Counted from the first letter of the stretch, positions 10,572 to 23,018 are shown. The stretch is 64,000 nt of DNA from an uncultured Rivularia sp. (GCA_963665115.1 OY762007.1:6656001-6720000), one strand, 5' to 3'. The notes: a model not told the origin generated them from the letters alone. Numbers and translations are program-made.

Positions 10572-11786
10572 TTAATTTCCATTACCTAAAACTACAACCG
10601 CATTTTGTCCTCCAAAGCCAAAGCTAAAACACATTGCTCGCCCGATATCGCTTTGACGGGCTTCTCTGACTAAATTCAAATCAAATTCTGATTTCTGCAA
10701 ACCAACAGAAGGTGGTAAAATTTGATACTGTAAACTCATCAAAGAAAAAGCTACTCCTAAAGCACCGGAAGCTCCAACTGTATGACCAGTACTTCCTTTT
10801 GTTGAGCTAACCGCCACTCTTTTATTAAATATTTCTTGTATAGCTAAACTCTCTACACGGTCATTCATCTGCGTAGCCGTACCGTGAGCGTGAATGTAAT
10901 CAATATCTTCGGGAGAAATATGAGTGCGATGTAAACAATCTTTAACCGCAGAAATTGCACCTGTTCCTTGCGGGTCGGGTTGATTTGCATGATAAGCGTC
11001 AGATGTCAAGCCAAAACCAAGTATTTCACCGTAGATCTTTGCTCCACGCCGACGTGCTAACTCTGCTGATTCCAAAATAAATACCGCCCCACCTTCACCT
11101 AAAACCAAACCTTCCCGATTGACATCAAAAGGATAAGCACCAGTTTTTGCCAAAGCGCCCATTTTATCAAAACCAGCAATCGTCAGAGGAGTAATTGGAG
11201 CTTCCACCGCACCCGCAATAACTCGCTCGCATCGCCCAGATTTAATTAAATTAAAACCTTGAAAAAGTGCCCAAATACCAGTAGCACAAGCCGCCATCGG
11301 CGCTAAGACAATTCCAGTTGCACCCACAAGTCGTGCTGCTGCGATCGCATTCATGTGGGGGAGGGAGGAGAGGAAGAGATTGGGAGATTGGGAGAGGGGG
11401 GGATGGGGAGAAGGTTTTTCTGTGCTATCTCCTTGTCTCCTTGTCCCCTTGTCCCCTTGTCTCCTTGTCCCTTCAACATACATCCACCTTGCCATTCTTT
11501 CCCATTCCGCTTGATAGCTCCGACTCGAACCAATTACAACTCCGCAGTCGGGTAAAGGTGGAACTAATGAAGCATCTTGTAAAGCAGAAATGACAACCTG
11601 CTGAGTAAGACTTTTTAACTGCGCTGGGCGATCGCCAATCAAACCTAAAGGAAGGATTTGTAATTCTGGAAAAACTTGACGCTGCTTAATTCCACATTCA
11701 CCTGCAATTAAACGCCGCCAACTATCTTCCAGGCAATTGCCCAAAGCAGAAATCAAACCAATACCAGTAACTACAACCCGATTCAA
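10572..11786 (-). CDS. Beta-ketoacyl-ACP synthase (FabF-like) with in-frame repeat-derived insertion
   Basis: RVVVTGIG, catalytic Cys in AACATG, HAHGT, KGSTGHT, SFGFGGQN. Confidence 0.9.
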   Translation of the reverse strand: MNRVVVTGIGLISALGNCLEDSWRRLIAGECGIKQRQVFPELQILPLGLIGDRPAQLKSLTQQVVISALQDASLVPPLPDCGVVIGSSRSYQAEWERMARWMYVEGTRRQGDKGTRRQGDSTEKPSPHPPLSQSPNLFLSSLPHMNAIAAARLVGATGIVLAPMAACATGIWALFQGFNLIKSGRCERVIAGAVEAPITPLTIAGFDKMGALAKTGAYPFDVNREGLVLGEGGAVFILESAELARRRGAKIYGEILGFGLTSDAYHANQPDPQGTGAISAVKDCLHRTHISPEDIDYIHAHGTATQMNDRVESLAIQEIFNKRVAVSSTKGSTGHTVGASGALGVAFSLMSLQYQILPPSVGLQKSEFDLNLVREARQSDIGRAMCFSFGFGGQNAVVVLGNGN

Positions 11787-11851
11787 TTTTAGATTTTAGA
11801 TTTTGGATTTTGGATTTTGGATTTTGGATTTTAGATTTTGGATTTTAGATT
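11787..11851. repeat. Heptamer tandem repeat (TTTAGAT/TTTGGAT)
   Basis: About 9 tandem copies. Confidence 0.85.
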
Positions 11852-12028
11852 GGGCATGGGGCATAGGGCAGGAGTAATTAAGGTTAGAGGTTAGAGGTTA
11901 AAGGTTAAAGGTTAGGAGTTAGTAGTGGGAGCATCTTGCTCCCTATATCTTTATAATTACTCCCATCTCCCCATGCCCAAATAATTACTCCCATCTCCCC
12001 AATCCCCAATCCCCAATCCCCATCAAAA

Positions 12029-12775
12029 CTACTTGGAGTTTTTCAAATTCTCTGCGCCTTCAGTAACTTTGGCGTTTTCGATTTTGTCGCCTTGCTTGAT
12101 GTTATTTACGACATCCATTCCGTCAGTAACTTTACCGAATACTGCGTAGTTACCGTCTAAGAAAGCTAAGTCTGAGAGAGCAAAGTAAAACTGCGAAGAA
12201 GCTGAGTTTGGAGACTGCGATCGCGCCATTGCGATCGCGCCAGCTTTGTGTTGCAATACTGGTGTTTTCTTGATTGTTTGCCCGTAAACTGGCTCTTCTT
12301 CACCTTGTGGCTTAATTTCCAAGGGAACAGTACGTTCCTTACCATTTACAACATACCCACCAGTTCCATTGCCTTTAGGATCTCCTCCTTGAGCTACAAA
12401 TGGTTGAGGATCTTTTACCACTCTATGGAAAGTTAAACCATCGTATACGCCTTTCTGAACCAATTCTACGAAGTTACCGGCACTGATGGGAGCATTATCT
12501 CCATCTAATTCGATAGTGATGGGAGAACCATTAACGTTCATCACTACAGTAGCTTTACCTTCAAGTCTGGGTAAATCATTCATTCCTGGAACAGCCTCAT
12601 TTTTTACTTCAGATGCAAGAGTTGCTTGTACGGTTGTATCGCTATTAGATCCAGCTATTGTAGAGTCTGGAGAAGTCGTAGTCGAAGCTACTTCCCCACC
12701 AGAACATCCATTTAACGTCAAAGTACCGACAACCAAAAGCGTAACCAAAAGATACTTAGGAGCTTTCAACAGCAT
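12029..12775 (-). CDS. Cyclophilin-type peptidyl-prolyl cis-trans isomerase, probable lipoprotein
   Basis: FHRVV, QGGDP, MARS, SQFY, YAVFGKV; lipobox-like LNGC after a hydrophobic stretch. Start uncertain (12775-12793). Confidence 0.92.
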   Translation of the reverse strand: MLLKAPKYLLVTLLVVGTLTLNGCSGGEVASTTTSPDSTIAGSNSDTTVQATLASEVKNEAVPGMNDLPRLEGKATVVMNVNGSPITIELDGDNAPISAGNFVELVQKGVYDGLTFHRVVKDPQPFVAQGGDPKGNGTGGYVVNGKERTVPLEIKPQGEEEPVYGQTIKKTPVLQHKAGAIAMARSQSPNSASSQFYFALSDLAFLDGNYAVFGKVTDGMDVVNNIKQGDKIENAKVTEGAENLKNSK

Positions 12776-13083
12776 TTCCATAACAAAACTCAACCCATGT
12801 ATCTTAGCTTCTATGGTGATTTAGGCAACAAGTCAATTTTGGATTTTAGATTTTAGATTTTGAATAGGGAATTGGGTTTGGGGCATGGGGCATTTAGAAC
12901 AATTAGTAGGAGTTAGGAGTTAGGAATTAGGAGTTTAGTAGCAAGTAGCAAGTAGTAAGTAGTAAGTAGTAAGTAAAATAGCCTTTTATCGTTTATTGTC
13001 GTTGGAAAACCAGACCTACTCACTACTCGCTACTCGCTACTCGCTACTCTTTACTCACTACTTTAAACTGTCCCTCAATCTTC

Positions 13084-13653
13084 CTACAATCCTTCTAGCG
13101 GTACTTCTAAAAACTTTGCTAACTGAGCGCCTTTTGTTTCTAGTTCTTTTAATGACAAAGGTTGACCTACTCTTGTTAAAGGAATGTCTCTACGGCCTTT
13201 GGCACGTAAATAAAGAGCGCGACGGGGGTTTATTCCTTCTTTTATTTCGACTCGTACTGATTGCACGTCTTCGGTACTAAAATCGATTTCTATTCGCCGG
13301 TTTTTTCCAGGAAATCCCCACCTAAAGATTTTTATTTGGTCTGTCTCCCGATTAAATTCGTTGTATCCGCCTCCTAGATCCCATAAAATTGCTAGCCACA
13401 GGTATAAAGCTAAAAGCAATCCTGCTATGCCATACAACCCCATCACTAAGCCCTGGGGGACGAATACTAATTGAGTTGCATCCGTGACTAAAAGTAAATT
13501 TTTCTGAAAATAGCTTGATAACCCGGCGAGCAGGAAGCCTCCGGCTCCAAGAAAAACCACTGTTGCCCACCAATAATTACTAAATCTACGAGAACCCAAA
13601 ACCTTTTGTGTAAGGACGTTGTTGTTTTTGGGGATTGTTGTTGATGCCGTCAT
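13084..13653 (-). CDS. ycf4: Photosystem I assembly protein Ycf4
   Basis: GSRRFSNYWWA, PQGLVMGLYG, FRWGFPGKNRRI; conserved position divergent from psbD. Confidence 0.95.
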   Translation of the reverse strand: MTASTTIPKNNNVLTQKVLGSRRFSNYWWATVVFLGAGGFLLAGLSSYFQKNLLLVTDATQLVFVPQGLVMGLYGIAGLLLALYLWLAILWDLGGGYNEFNRETDQIKIFRWGFPGKNRRIEIDFSTEDVQSVRVEIKEGINPRRALYLRAKGRRDIPLTRVGQPLSLKELETKGAQLAKFLEVPLEGL

Positions 13654-14074
13654 GGAACAAATTAAGAGGTTGTGAGAAATTCTCTCTCTTCTCAAGTCTG
13701 CCATTCTTTACGACCACTCCGCACAAATTCTTTAGATTTTCTAATAAATTTAACTTTTATGAGAAAACTTGTGTCAAATTGTAAATATTCTGATATTGAT
13801 GGTATGTAGTGGTTTTGCACTTAACACTTGATTTATGAGTATAAATTGGTCACAAAACTGAGCTAATGTGATAAGTTAAGAATTATTAAGTAAACATACT
13901 CTGTCAAGGCAGTGTGTGATTAAGTTCTGGCACAATCCTGAGAAGTACTTGCTTACTTGGTAGTATTTTCTCATAAAATAGGTCACAGTATTGAAACTAC
14001 TGTCGAAAGTGCTGAATAAAAACTTTGTTTCCTTAGAAACGTAGCAATTTTAGTAAAAGAGGATTTTTGTCCAA

Positions 14075-15133
14075 ATGACCATCGCAGTTGGACGCGCCCC
14101 TAGTAGTAGAGGCTGGTTTGACGTACTCGATGACTGGTTAAAGCGAGATAGATTCGTTTTTATCGGTTGGTCGGGTCTATTGCTTTTCCCCTGTGCCTAC
14201 ATGGCTCTAGGTGGATGGCTAACAGGTACAACTTTTGTATCTTCTTGGTATACCCACGGTTTAGCATCTTCTTACTTAGAAGGTTGTAACTTCCTTACAG
14301 TGGCAGTATCCACACCCGCAGACAGCATGGGACATTCCCTATTGCTTTTGTGGGGACCTGAAGCTCAAGGTGACTTCACCCGTTGGTGTCAGCTAGGCGG
14401 ATTGTGGACATTTGTTGCGCTACACGGAGCTTTCGGTTTGATTGGCTTCATGTTGCGTCAATTTGAAATTTCCCGCTTGGTGGGAATTCGTCCTTATAAT
14501 GCCATTGCGTTTTCTGCACCGATCGCAGTATTCGTTAGCGTATTTTTGATGTACCCCTTGGGTCAATCTTCTTGGTTCTTCGCTCCTAGTTTTGGAGTAG
14601 CAGCAATCTTCCGTTTCTTGCTATTTTTCCAAGGTTTCCATAACTGGACTTTGAATCCCTTCCACATGATGGGAGTAGCAGGTGTATTGGGTGGTGCGCT
14701 GTTGTGTGCAATTCACGGTGCAACTGTAGAAAACACTTTGTTTGAAGATGGTGACGGTTCTAACACCTTCCGTGCATTTGAACCAACCCAAGCAGAAGAA
14801 ACCTATTCAATGGTGACAGCAAACCGTTTCTGGTCACAGATTTTCGGTATTGCATTCTCCAACAAACGTTGGTTGCACTTCTTCATGTTGTTCGTACCAG
14901 TAACTGGTTTATGGATGAGTTCAGTAGGTGTAGTTGGCTTAGCGCTGAACCTACGTGCTTATGACTTCGTATCTCAGGAATTGAGAGCGGCAGAAGACCC
15001 AGAATTTGAAACTTTCTATACGAAAAACATTTTGCTGAATGAGGGTATCCGCGCATGGATGGCTCCTCAAGATCAGCCCCACGAACAATTTGTATTCCCA
15101 GAGGAGGTTCTCCCACGTGGTAACGCTCTCTAA
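14075..15133 (+). CDS. psbD: Photosystem II D2 protein
   Basis: Canonical 352-aa D2 sequence MTIAVGRA...[10 protein letters not shown]. Confidence 0.99.
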   Translation: MTIAVGRAPSSRGWFDVLDDWLKRDRFVFIGWSGLLLFPCAYMALGGWLTGTTFVSSWYTHGLASSYLEGCNFLTVAVSTPADSMGHSLLLLWGPEAQGDFTRWCQLGGLWTFVALHGAFGLIGFMLRQFEISRLVGIRPYNAIAFSAPIAVFVSVFLMYPLGQSSWFFAPSFGVAAIFRFLLFFQGFHNWTLNPFHMMGVAGVLGGALLCAIHGATVENTLFEDGDGSNTFRAFEPTQAEETYSMVTANRFWSQIFGIAFSNKRWLHFFMLFVPVTGLWMSSVGVVGLALNLRAYDFVSQELRAAEDPEFETFYTKNILLNEGIRAWMAPQDQPHEQFVFPEEVLPRGNAL

Positions 15134-16502
15134 TCAGGCAATTGCAGCAGGTGGACGCGACCAGCAAAGTACAGGCTTTGCTTGGTGGTCCGGTAACGCT
15201 CGCTTAATCAATCTTTCCGGTAAACTACTGGGCGCTCACGTAGCTCATGCTGGTTTAATAGTTTTCTGGGCTGGAGCAATGACCTTATTTGAGGTTGCTC
15301 ACTTTATCCCTGAAAAGCCAATGTACGAACAGGGTTTAATCCTGTTGCCTCACCTAGCAACTCAAGGTTGGGGTGTAGGTGCTGGTGGTGAAGTTATCGA
15401 TACTTTCCCCTACTTTGTTGTTGGCGTACTTCACTTAATTTCTTCTGCCGTACTAGGTTTCGGCGGTATTTATCACGCAGTTCGCGGTCCAGAAACCTTA
15501 GAAGAATACTCTTCTTTCTTCGGTTATGACTGGAAAGATAAGAACAAAATGACCACCATCATCGGTTTCCACCTAATTATTTTAGGATGTGGAGCCTTAT
15601 TGTTGGTGCTTAAAGCAATGTTCTTCGGTGGTTTATACGATACCTGGGCACCCGGTGGTGGTGATGTCCGCGTCGTTACTAACCCCACATTGAATCCTGC
15701 GGTAATCTTCGGTTATATACTCAAATCCCCCTTCGGTGGCGAAGGCTGGATTGTTAGCGTTGATAACCTAGAAGATGTCGTTGGTGGCCACATTTGGGTT
15801 GCCATCATCACTATTTCTGGTGGTATCTTCCACATTCTTACCAAGCCTTTTGGTTGGGCGCGTCGTGCTTTCATCTGGTCTGGTGAAGCGTATCTTTCCT
15901 ATAGTTTGGGTGCGCTGTCCTTGATGGGCTTTATCGCTTCCACCTTCGTTTGGTTTAATAACACCGCTTATCCTAGTGAATTCTTTGGTCCTACAGCTTC
16001 AGAAGCTTCTCAAGCACAGGCATTGACCTTCTTGATTCGCGACCAACGCTTAGGTGCTAACGTAGGTTCTGCACAAGGTCCTACAGGTCTTGGTAAATAC
16101 TTGATGCGTTCTCCTAGTGGTGAAATCATCTTCGGTGGTGAAACCATGCGCTTCTGGGATTTCCGTGGTCCTTGGTTGGAGCCTCTACGCGGTCCTAACG
16201 GACTTGACTTAGAAAAAGTTAAAAATGACATTCAGCCTTGGCAGGCTCGTCGTGCTGCTGAATATATGACCCACGCTCCTTTGGGTTCATTGAACTCTGT
16301 AGGTGGTGTTGCAACTGAGATTAACTCCTTTAACTACGTGTCTCCTCGTGCGTGGTTGGCTACATCTCACTTCGTATTAGGATTCTTCTTCCTAATCGGT
16401 CACTTATGGCACGCAGGTCGCGCTCGTGCGGCTGCTGGTGGTTTCGAGAGAGGTATTAACCGCGAATCCGAACCAGTAATGTTCATGCCGAATTTAGACT
16501 AG
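15117..16502 (+). CDS. psbC: Photosystem II CP43 protein
   Basis: GTG start at 15117 overlapping the psbD end, as is typical; [18 protein letters not shown]...[10 protein letters not shown]. Confidence 0.98.
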   Translation: MVTLSNQAIAAGGRDQQSTGFAWWSGNARLINLSGKLLGAHVAHAGLIVFWAGAMTLFEVAHFIPEKPMYEQGLILLPHLATQGWGVGAGGEVIDTFPYFVVGVLHLISSAVLGFGGIYHAVRGPETLEEYSSFFGYDWKDKNKMTTIIGFHLIILGCGALLLVLKAMFFGGLYDTWAPGGGDVRVVTNPTLNPAVIFGYILKSPFGGEGWIVSVDNLEDVVGGHIWVAIITISGGIFHILTKPFGWARRAFIWSGEAYLSYSLGALSLMGFIASTFVWFNNTAYPSEFFGPTASEASQAQALTFLIRDQRLGANVGSAQGPTGLGKYLMRSPSGEIIFGGETMRFWDFRGPWLEPLRGPNGLDLEKVKNDIQPWQARRAAEYMTHAPLGSLNSVGGVATEINSFNYVSPRAWLATSHFVLGFFFLIGHLWHAGRARAAAGGFERGINRESEPVMFMPNLD

Positions 16503-16542
16503 GTTATCTAGGACGGTAAAGTTTAATTACTGACAATCGACT

Positions 16543-16571
16543 GCTCCCGCTTTTACACGGGAGCTTTTTTT
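16543..16571 (+). terminator. Rho-independent terminator of psbDC
   Basis: GCTCCC...GGGAGC stem followed by a T7 run. Confidence 0.85.
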
Positions 16572-16855
16572 ATGCAGGGATTTTGCTCCAAATGAGGCTG
16601 CGCTCGATCGCCCTGACTCTGTAAGAGTGGGGCTACAGAAACAAAGCCCACCTCGGTGGGCTAAGTTAGCCACATTTTTAAGCAGAAACTGTATTAGACA
16701 AGAAACTGAAAGAAGATAAATATATTTGATTTTAGATAGATAATGACTTATTTAGCATCGTTTCAAAGAGTACGATCGCTATTTTTACTTTTTTGTATTT
16801 TTTTATAAATAATTTCATCGTAAGATATTGACTTTAAAGGCTTCAATAACAATTA

Positions 16856-17152
16856 CTAATCCCATTCCAAAGTAATTTCGATATTAGCAGTGGAAGCATC
16901 TTTTACAAGCAAAGGTGTAAGTTTACCAGATTCAATACCAACGTCTATCCCAAATCTCACACGGGCTTTGTCTGGTTTTATTTTTTGAACGGTTTCAGCG
17001 ATTTCTTTTGTTAATGACTCTATAACCCCAGTCACTTCACTAAATGGTCGAGTTTGGAAAGTCAGTTTTCGGTCCCCAATAAGAGTAGCTTCAACTCTCA
17101 CATTTGTGCCATCACTCAACTCTACGGTAATAATTTTGCTTTGAAGTTCCAT
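16856..17152 (-). CDS. CU044_2847/Trypco1-like small protein
   Basis: VELSDGTNVRVEAT...KPDKARVRFGIDVGIESGKL...ANIEITLEW pattern. Confidence 0.7.
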   Translation of the reverse strand: MELQSKIITVELSDGTNVRVEATLIGDRKLTFQTRPFSEVTGVIESLTKEIAETVQKIKPDKARVRFGIDVGIESGKLTPLLVKDASTANIEITLEWD

Positions 17153-17434
17153 TCTTATTTAATTGGGTGAACCTGCCGTAATAGGATATCAGTAACCGGC
17201 GAACAGTTATCAGTAACCAGTCAATAATTATCATTTAAAGATCGATTAACATAGTTTTCTAGATACAAATAATTTTTTTTTAATAAAATATAAATTTCGA
17301 TACTTTTACTTTGTAATAAATTACCTATTTTATGTTTCTGCATCCGATTTTTTAAATTAGGCAAAATGTCTTATTAGCTATTAACTGAAAAAATATGTTA
17401 AATACCTAAAATCTAACAGTTAATTGGTTACTAT

Positions 17435-18289
17435 TCACTGATTTCCCACATTCATAGCAGCTAAAAATGCTTTCTGACTGGCATCTTTGTATAGTGAATT
17501 GAGATATTTCATTACGATATCTGTCGAATTAACATTAGCAATATTTTCATCTTCTTTTGCTAAAGGGATTGAACCTAATACATCTAATACAGTTTCGCCG
17601 GTTGATGGTGCAATTACTACTAATGATGATTCCAATGGTTGATTGTATTGCCAGAAGTTATCTAGCTTTAAAGAATTTTTTTGGTTGTTAATAGACTCTT
17701 GAACTTCTGAAGTTTCTATTTCTGAATCTAAAATATTAGCATTACGTAATTTCCGTAAATCGCTAATAATTTGCTCTTTAGTACGTCCTCGCAACTGAAA
17801 AAGTACAAATGGATCTTCGCTAAAACGATCGGCTAATTGATAGTAAATAGCACCTATATGTTTACAGGGGTTGGCTTTATCGGGACACGAACATTTACTA
17901 TGAACTTCAGGTAATGTGAAAGGAAATAGTGACAAACCATTTGCTGTAAATACTTCTTCTATATTTTGCGGCATTTCTCCCGCTAATAATTTGGCAGCAA
18001 ATATTGCTCTTTGGGACATTGTTTCAACAATAAAACCCCATTCTTCATCGCTGAAGGAGTCGAGAGAAAGAGACACACTATAAGGTTCCGGTTCGCTACC
18101 CTGTACTTTCGCTAATACTTTGGCATTTGCAAATTTAATGCTGAGAATATTTCCTTGACGTGCATAATTTCTCGCACGTTCCAAACGCTTTTTAAAACGG
18201 TAAGAATCTAATAATTCTAACCAACGTTGCGACCACCATTCTCTTGATGCTTGTAAATCGTAATTTGCTTGCATGATATCAATAAACAA
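17435..18289 (-). CDS. SWIM zinc-finger protein
   Basis: CSCPD-x-PCKH SWIM motif; RLERARNYAR; directly downstream of SNF2, a known pairing. Confidence 0.92.
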   Translation of the reverse strand: MFIDIMQANYDLQASREWWSQRWLELLDSYRFKKRLERARNYARQGNILSIKFANAKVLAKVQGSEPEPYSVSLSLDSFSDEEWGFIVETMSQRAIFAAKLLAGEMPQNIEEVFTANGLSLFPFTLPEVHSKCSCPDKANPCKHIGAIYYQLADRFSEDPFVLFQLRGRTKEQIISDLRKLRNANILDSEIETSEVQESINNQKNSLKLDNFWQYNQPLESSLVVIAPSTGETVLDVLGSIPLAKEDENIANVNSTDIVMKYLNSLYKDASQKAFLAAMNVGNQ

Positions 18290-18345
18290 TGAACAATGAA
18301 CAACTAACTACTAACTACTAACTACTAACTACTAACTACTAACTC

Positions 18346-21300
18346 CTAAACTTCTTCTTCAATCACCGCATCGCGATCGAGTATTAACAAATTACGAAGC
18401 TGATCGGTGTCCATTTCGGTTAACCATTCTTCACCAGCACCTACAACTTGTTCTGCTAATTGTTTTTTACTTTCAATCATGTCGTGAATTTTTTCTTCTA
18501 AAGTACCAGTACAAACGAATTTGTGTACCTGAACATTTTTTGTTTGACCGATACGAAATACTCTATCTGTAGCTTGATTTTCTACTGCGGGATTCCACCA
18601 TCTATCGAAGTGAAATACATGATTTGCACGGGTTAAATTTAATCCGACACCACCTGCTTTTAAGGAGAGAATCATTACTGGTGGGGCTTGCGGGTCGTGT
18701 TGAAAACGGTCGATCATTTCCTCGCGTTGCTTTTTAGTTGTACTACCATATAAAAACAAAGTTTCTCTGCCCAACTTCTCTTCTAGATGGGGTTTGAGCA
18801 ACTTACCCCACTCCGCAAACTGAGTGAAAATTAAAGCGCGATCGCCGTTTGATATTGCTTCTTCTAGCATCTCATCTAAACGCTGAAGTTTGGCTGAATC
18901 GTATTGTTCTAATTTCTTTTTCTTTAAATACTGGGCTGGGTGATTGCAAATTTGTTTTAACTTTACAAGTAAGCCTAAAATCATTCCCCGACGCTGTAAT
19001 CCTTCTGCATCATCAATTGTGGCTAGGGAATCTTCTACTACTTTTTGATAAAGCTTTGCTTGCTCGGGAGTTAAACCACAAAAAACAGTCATTTCCTGCT
19101 TTTCTGGTAAATCTTGAATAATATCGCGGTCGGTTTTTAAACGACGTAAGATAAACGGTTGAACTAAAGAGCGCAATTGTGATAAGGAAGAAGTATCACC
19201 ATATTTTTCAATCGGCATTGCAAACCGTCTTTGAAAAAATTGTTTGTTTCCTAGATATCCGGGATTTAAGAAATCCATAATCGACCACAATTCTTGCAGT
19301 CTATTTTCTACCGGAGTACCTGTCAAAGCAATGCGAAATTCTGGTTCTAACTGTCTTACTGCTTGCGATTGTTTCGATTCTGCATTTTTAATATTTTGAG
19401 CTTCATCTAAAGCGATAATCTGCCAGGAAACATCTTGTAATGATTTTAAATCGCGATGAACTAACGAGTAACTTGTAATTACAATATTTTTATCTTTGAC
19501 GGCAGTTTGAAAAGCCTTTCCTTTCGGACGTTTATCACCGTGATACTGCAAAACTTTGAGATTAGGAGCAAATTTTTTAACTTCTCGTTCCCAGTTTCCT
19601 AATACTGAAGTGGGACAAACTAATAATGTGGGTTTTTCTAGGGCTTCTTCTTCTTTTAAATGCAGTAGAAAGGCTATGAATTGGATCGTATTGTGACAAA
19701 TTATATTATTCGCAACAAAATTGTGATGTTTTTCAACCTCGAAATCGTAAACCCATCCCTCGAATTCTACATCTTCAATGCTTTCTATTTTGCAGTAGAA
19801 GACTTCTTGGTTGATTTTTGGTTTTTCTTGTAAAGCAATATTGTCTTTTGAGGGAAGAGGAGTTGTATTTTTTAAACGCAAAGGTTCGCGGAGGTTTTCG
19901 CGGAGGTTCGCTGAGGAATTATTCGCTGGGATTCCAATGCGATCGCCTACCTTGAAGTGATTTGTCCAACCCTTATTCGTCAACAATTTATGACGACGGG
20001 TAATGGTAATGCTGTTACCATCTTTTAAATTGATTTTTATTAATTTTTCTTTGACTTGTTGTCGGTAAAGCCGTCGAATGGGAGCTTGGATAATTTTACC
20101 AGTTGACTCATCTATGGAATTAACTATTAATTTCTCTATGGATTCGCTCCAGAATCCTTCACCGTCAAATTGTGTTTCTCCTGCATAGCTTTCCCAAATA
20201 TTTTCAGCAGTATTTAAACAACCATTAATGTAAATTTGAGTATCTGGTGCAACGCATTTTCCCAAACCCATGTCATCCGCCAAACAAGCACCCAAACCCC
20301 AACGTTCCAAAAATGACAGCCAAGACATTCCCCGTCGTTGATATGGGCGCAATTCTCCGTGAAAACTTTCGGGTGTGGATAAAGTTTCTATATCTTGATT
20401 ATCTGTCAGATTTGTAATTAACTCCTGCAAAGCTCCGGAAGCTTCAAAGCTGACTACGGGTAATTTTTCAATGGTTTGAGTATCTCCAGAACCCAATCGT
20501 AATGCATCTTCTAATGACAGCGACATCTTTTCTTTTCTACCAGCAAAAAATGTCTGTGCTGTCTTGATATCTTGGGGGACGCAATTCTACCCACTCATCA
20601 TTAATTTGTACCAAGGGACTTTTTAAAGCCACAAGTTTGTCAAACTGCTGTTTGGAAAGAGTTTGTCCCCCAATGGCTAATTCCCATTTGAAATTAAGCA
20701 AACTTTGCAAACCCAAACGCTCGGTTTTTTTATTTGGTGTTTGAGCGCTGACTTTCAAACCCAAACGATTAGCCCAACCATCGCGATTTGCTAAGGTATC
20801 AGGTAAGATTACACCCAAACCATTATCTTCAAATCGCCAAGTTACCGACTTGATAAAATCATAAGCTTGCATCGGTTCGAGATGACAAGATTGAGGTAAA
20901 GCCGTATCTAAACTTGGTGCCATGATTGGATAAAGCCGCGAAGCCAAACCCAAACCTCGTAAAAAAGTTTCTTGTGGCTTGTCAATTGTGCGATTTTGGT
21001 AAACAAATTTTTCAACAGGATGTTTCCAAATCGTTTTTGCGTCTATCAAAAATTCTTCATCATCAATCGCTTGCAGATAATATTCCAACAACCATTGTGT
21101 CTCACCTTCTTCTGGAGTACGCAATGCAAAACAGGTGCGAAAAAGACTTCTGGTTCCCAGTTGGTTTTGTAAAGGTAAAGTCCAAGAATTCAGTGCCGCT
21201 TCTAACCTTTCAACTTCCTGATTATCCGCACTAAGTGAATTTTTCTTGCTTGTTAAAGAGTGCAACCATTGTCTAACTACAGATGGTAGAGATGACAACA

Positions 21301-22165
21301 ATCGAGTTTCTGCTGCATCCAAAGAATTTACCATTTCTCGCACTTGAGCATCTACAGTTTTATTCAGAAAATCCAGCAGTAATTGTTCGGATTCGGGAGG
21401 TAAATTAATTAATTGATAATTATCTGACTCAATTTGTGTTTGAGTTTGTTCTCGATACAGCCGACATGACATTGGCATTAATCGCGAATATTTATCTAAA
21501 CGACTGCCATCAACGGCACTATCCAAAAGTGCTTCCCAACTAGCAATTTTAGAATCATCGGATGCATTGTTAATTGCAGGCAATAACTTACACCTTGCAA
21601 TCAAATCTAAACCCCAACGACCAACTTGCGACCAAAAACGTAAATCTCCTCCGATAAAATCTTGCTCCTCCGAAGCAACATTCATCGGTAAGGAAGTTAA
21701 AAATTTTATTGCTTCTGTAGAGTTCAAGCAAAAACCTTCAACTTGCCAAGAATATAGATATTGCTCGTTTACAGCTTCGTTAACAATCCCCGAATGCAAG
21801 GGTTGTATCAAGTCAATATCCTTTTTTTTCTTCTTCTTTTCTTGGGGAATACGGGTAGGTAAGGCAATTACGATAGATGAAGAAGGTAAATTTATATCTT
21901 CTTTAGTAGCTGTAGCTTTGGATTTTCTTTTAGATTTAGTACTGGAATTATCGGCTTGGGCTTTTTCCCATGATTCAGGAATTTTAAGATTGCGTTTTTG
22001 CAATAACTCCAATAATTCTAACGGTGTCATACCGAAAGGATGAGGCTGTAATTGAATTAATTCATCTTGAGCCGAATCGCTACTTATAGAGCGCCAAGTT
22101 TCTCCCCATATAAAAAAACAGCTGTTTTGACCTTGTAGTAACCAACTACCGTGTAAAATTGCCAT
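18346..22165 (-). CDS. SNF2-family helicase with a mini-intein; apparent +1 frameshift at 20574-20578
   Basis: LADDMGLGK|T, DEAQ, LTGTPVENRL, SLKAGGVGLNL, QATDRVFRIGQ. Removing one base from the G5 run fuses ORFs 20537-22165 and 18346-20526 (VELRPQDIKTAQTFFAGRKEKMSLS). Confidence 0.9.
19690..20256 (-). mobile_element. Mini-intein (189 aa) inserted in the SNF2 Walker A motif
   Basis: Starts with Cys (CVAPDT), block B TITRRHK (TxxH), block F VYDFEV, ends ICHN followed by extein Thr. Excision restores GLGKT. No LAGLIDADG motif. Confidence 0.95.
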
Positions 22166-22457
22166 ATGTCAACTACATTCTTTTTTTCTTGTAGAACTTT
22201 AATTTTCGAGTACTTGATTTTTAATAAAATATTCTTTTAAGGCTGTAAAAACTCATTAAATATAAAAGGCTTTATAAAAAAATAGTAATATGCATATAAC
22301 GGGCATTAAAATATCTATTATCTTAAAAATAATTCAAACTTAATAAATTTTATTATCCTCCGACTTTGCGTTTAAAAATCTCTGAAAAAGCTATTTTGTC
22401 CGATTTTTAAACTTAATCAGCAATTGTAAAATATAACTTAATCAAGATTAACCTGTA

Positions 22458-23018
22458 ATGCAGCTACCAGTTTATACAAATTTAAAAAATGGCATACAAG
22501 TAGAATTAGACTATATGCATCCTGACGAATCCGAGCAGGTAAAAAAACTGCTCAATACCATAGTTATGGAAGGAAAATCATATCCACAAAAACAGGCTTT
22601 AACAGATTTAGAATTTGATGCTTACTGGCTTTTGGGTCATTCCTTTGTAGTCAAACCAGTAGATCCAAGCAATCAAGCTCTACCACAAGATATACTAGCT
22701 GCTTTTTACATCAAACCAAACTTTGTTGGAAGATGCAGCCATATTTGCAACGCTGGTTTTATTGTACAACCACAAATGCGAGGTCAGGGCATTGGGCGGT
22801 TTATGGGTGAAACAATGCTTTCGATCGCTCAGAGTCTTGGTTATCAAGCAGTAATGTTCAATTTGGTCTTTGAAAATAATATACCTTCAATTCGCCTGTG
22901 GCAATCTTTAGGATTCCAAACTATCGGACGGATTCCCGCTGCGGTAGAGCTAGAAAATGATTCATATATAGATGCTTTATTAATGTATCGTCGGTTGGGA
23001 GTTAAAAGTGAGGAGTGA
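22458..23018 (+). CDS. GNAT family N-acetyltransferase
   Basis: SHICNAGFIV, RGQGIG acetyl-CoA motif, FNLVFENN. Confidence 0.9.
   Translation: MQLPVYTNLKNGIQVELDYMHPDESEQVKKLLNTIVMEGKSYPQKQALTDLEFDAYWLLGHSFVVKPVDPSNQALPQDILAAFYIKPNFVGRCSHICNAGFIVQPQMRGQGIGRFMGETMLSIAQSLGYQAVMFNLVFENNIPSIRLWQSLGFQTIGRIPAAVELENDSYIDALLMYRRLGVKSEE

Noticed and set aside
10572..11786. Ketosynthase as part of a PKS or secondary metabolite cluster
   Set aside because: No ACP, chain-length factor or tailoring genes are adjacent.
20537..20580. Programmed frameshift or natural split of SNF2, and likewise fabI and the others
   Set aside because: No slippery heptamer or stimulatory structure is evident; five same-direction homopolymer insertions are better explained by sequencing error.
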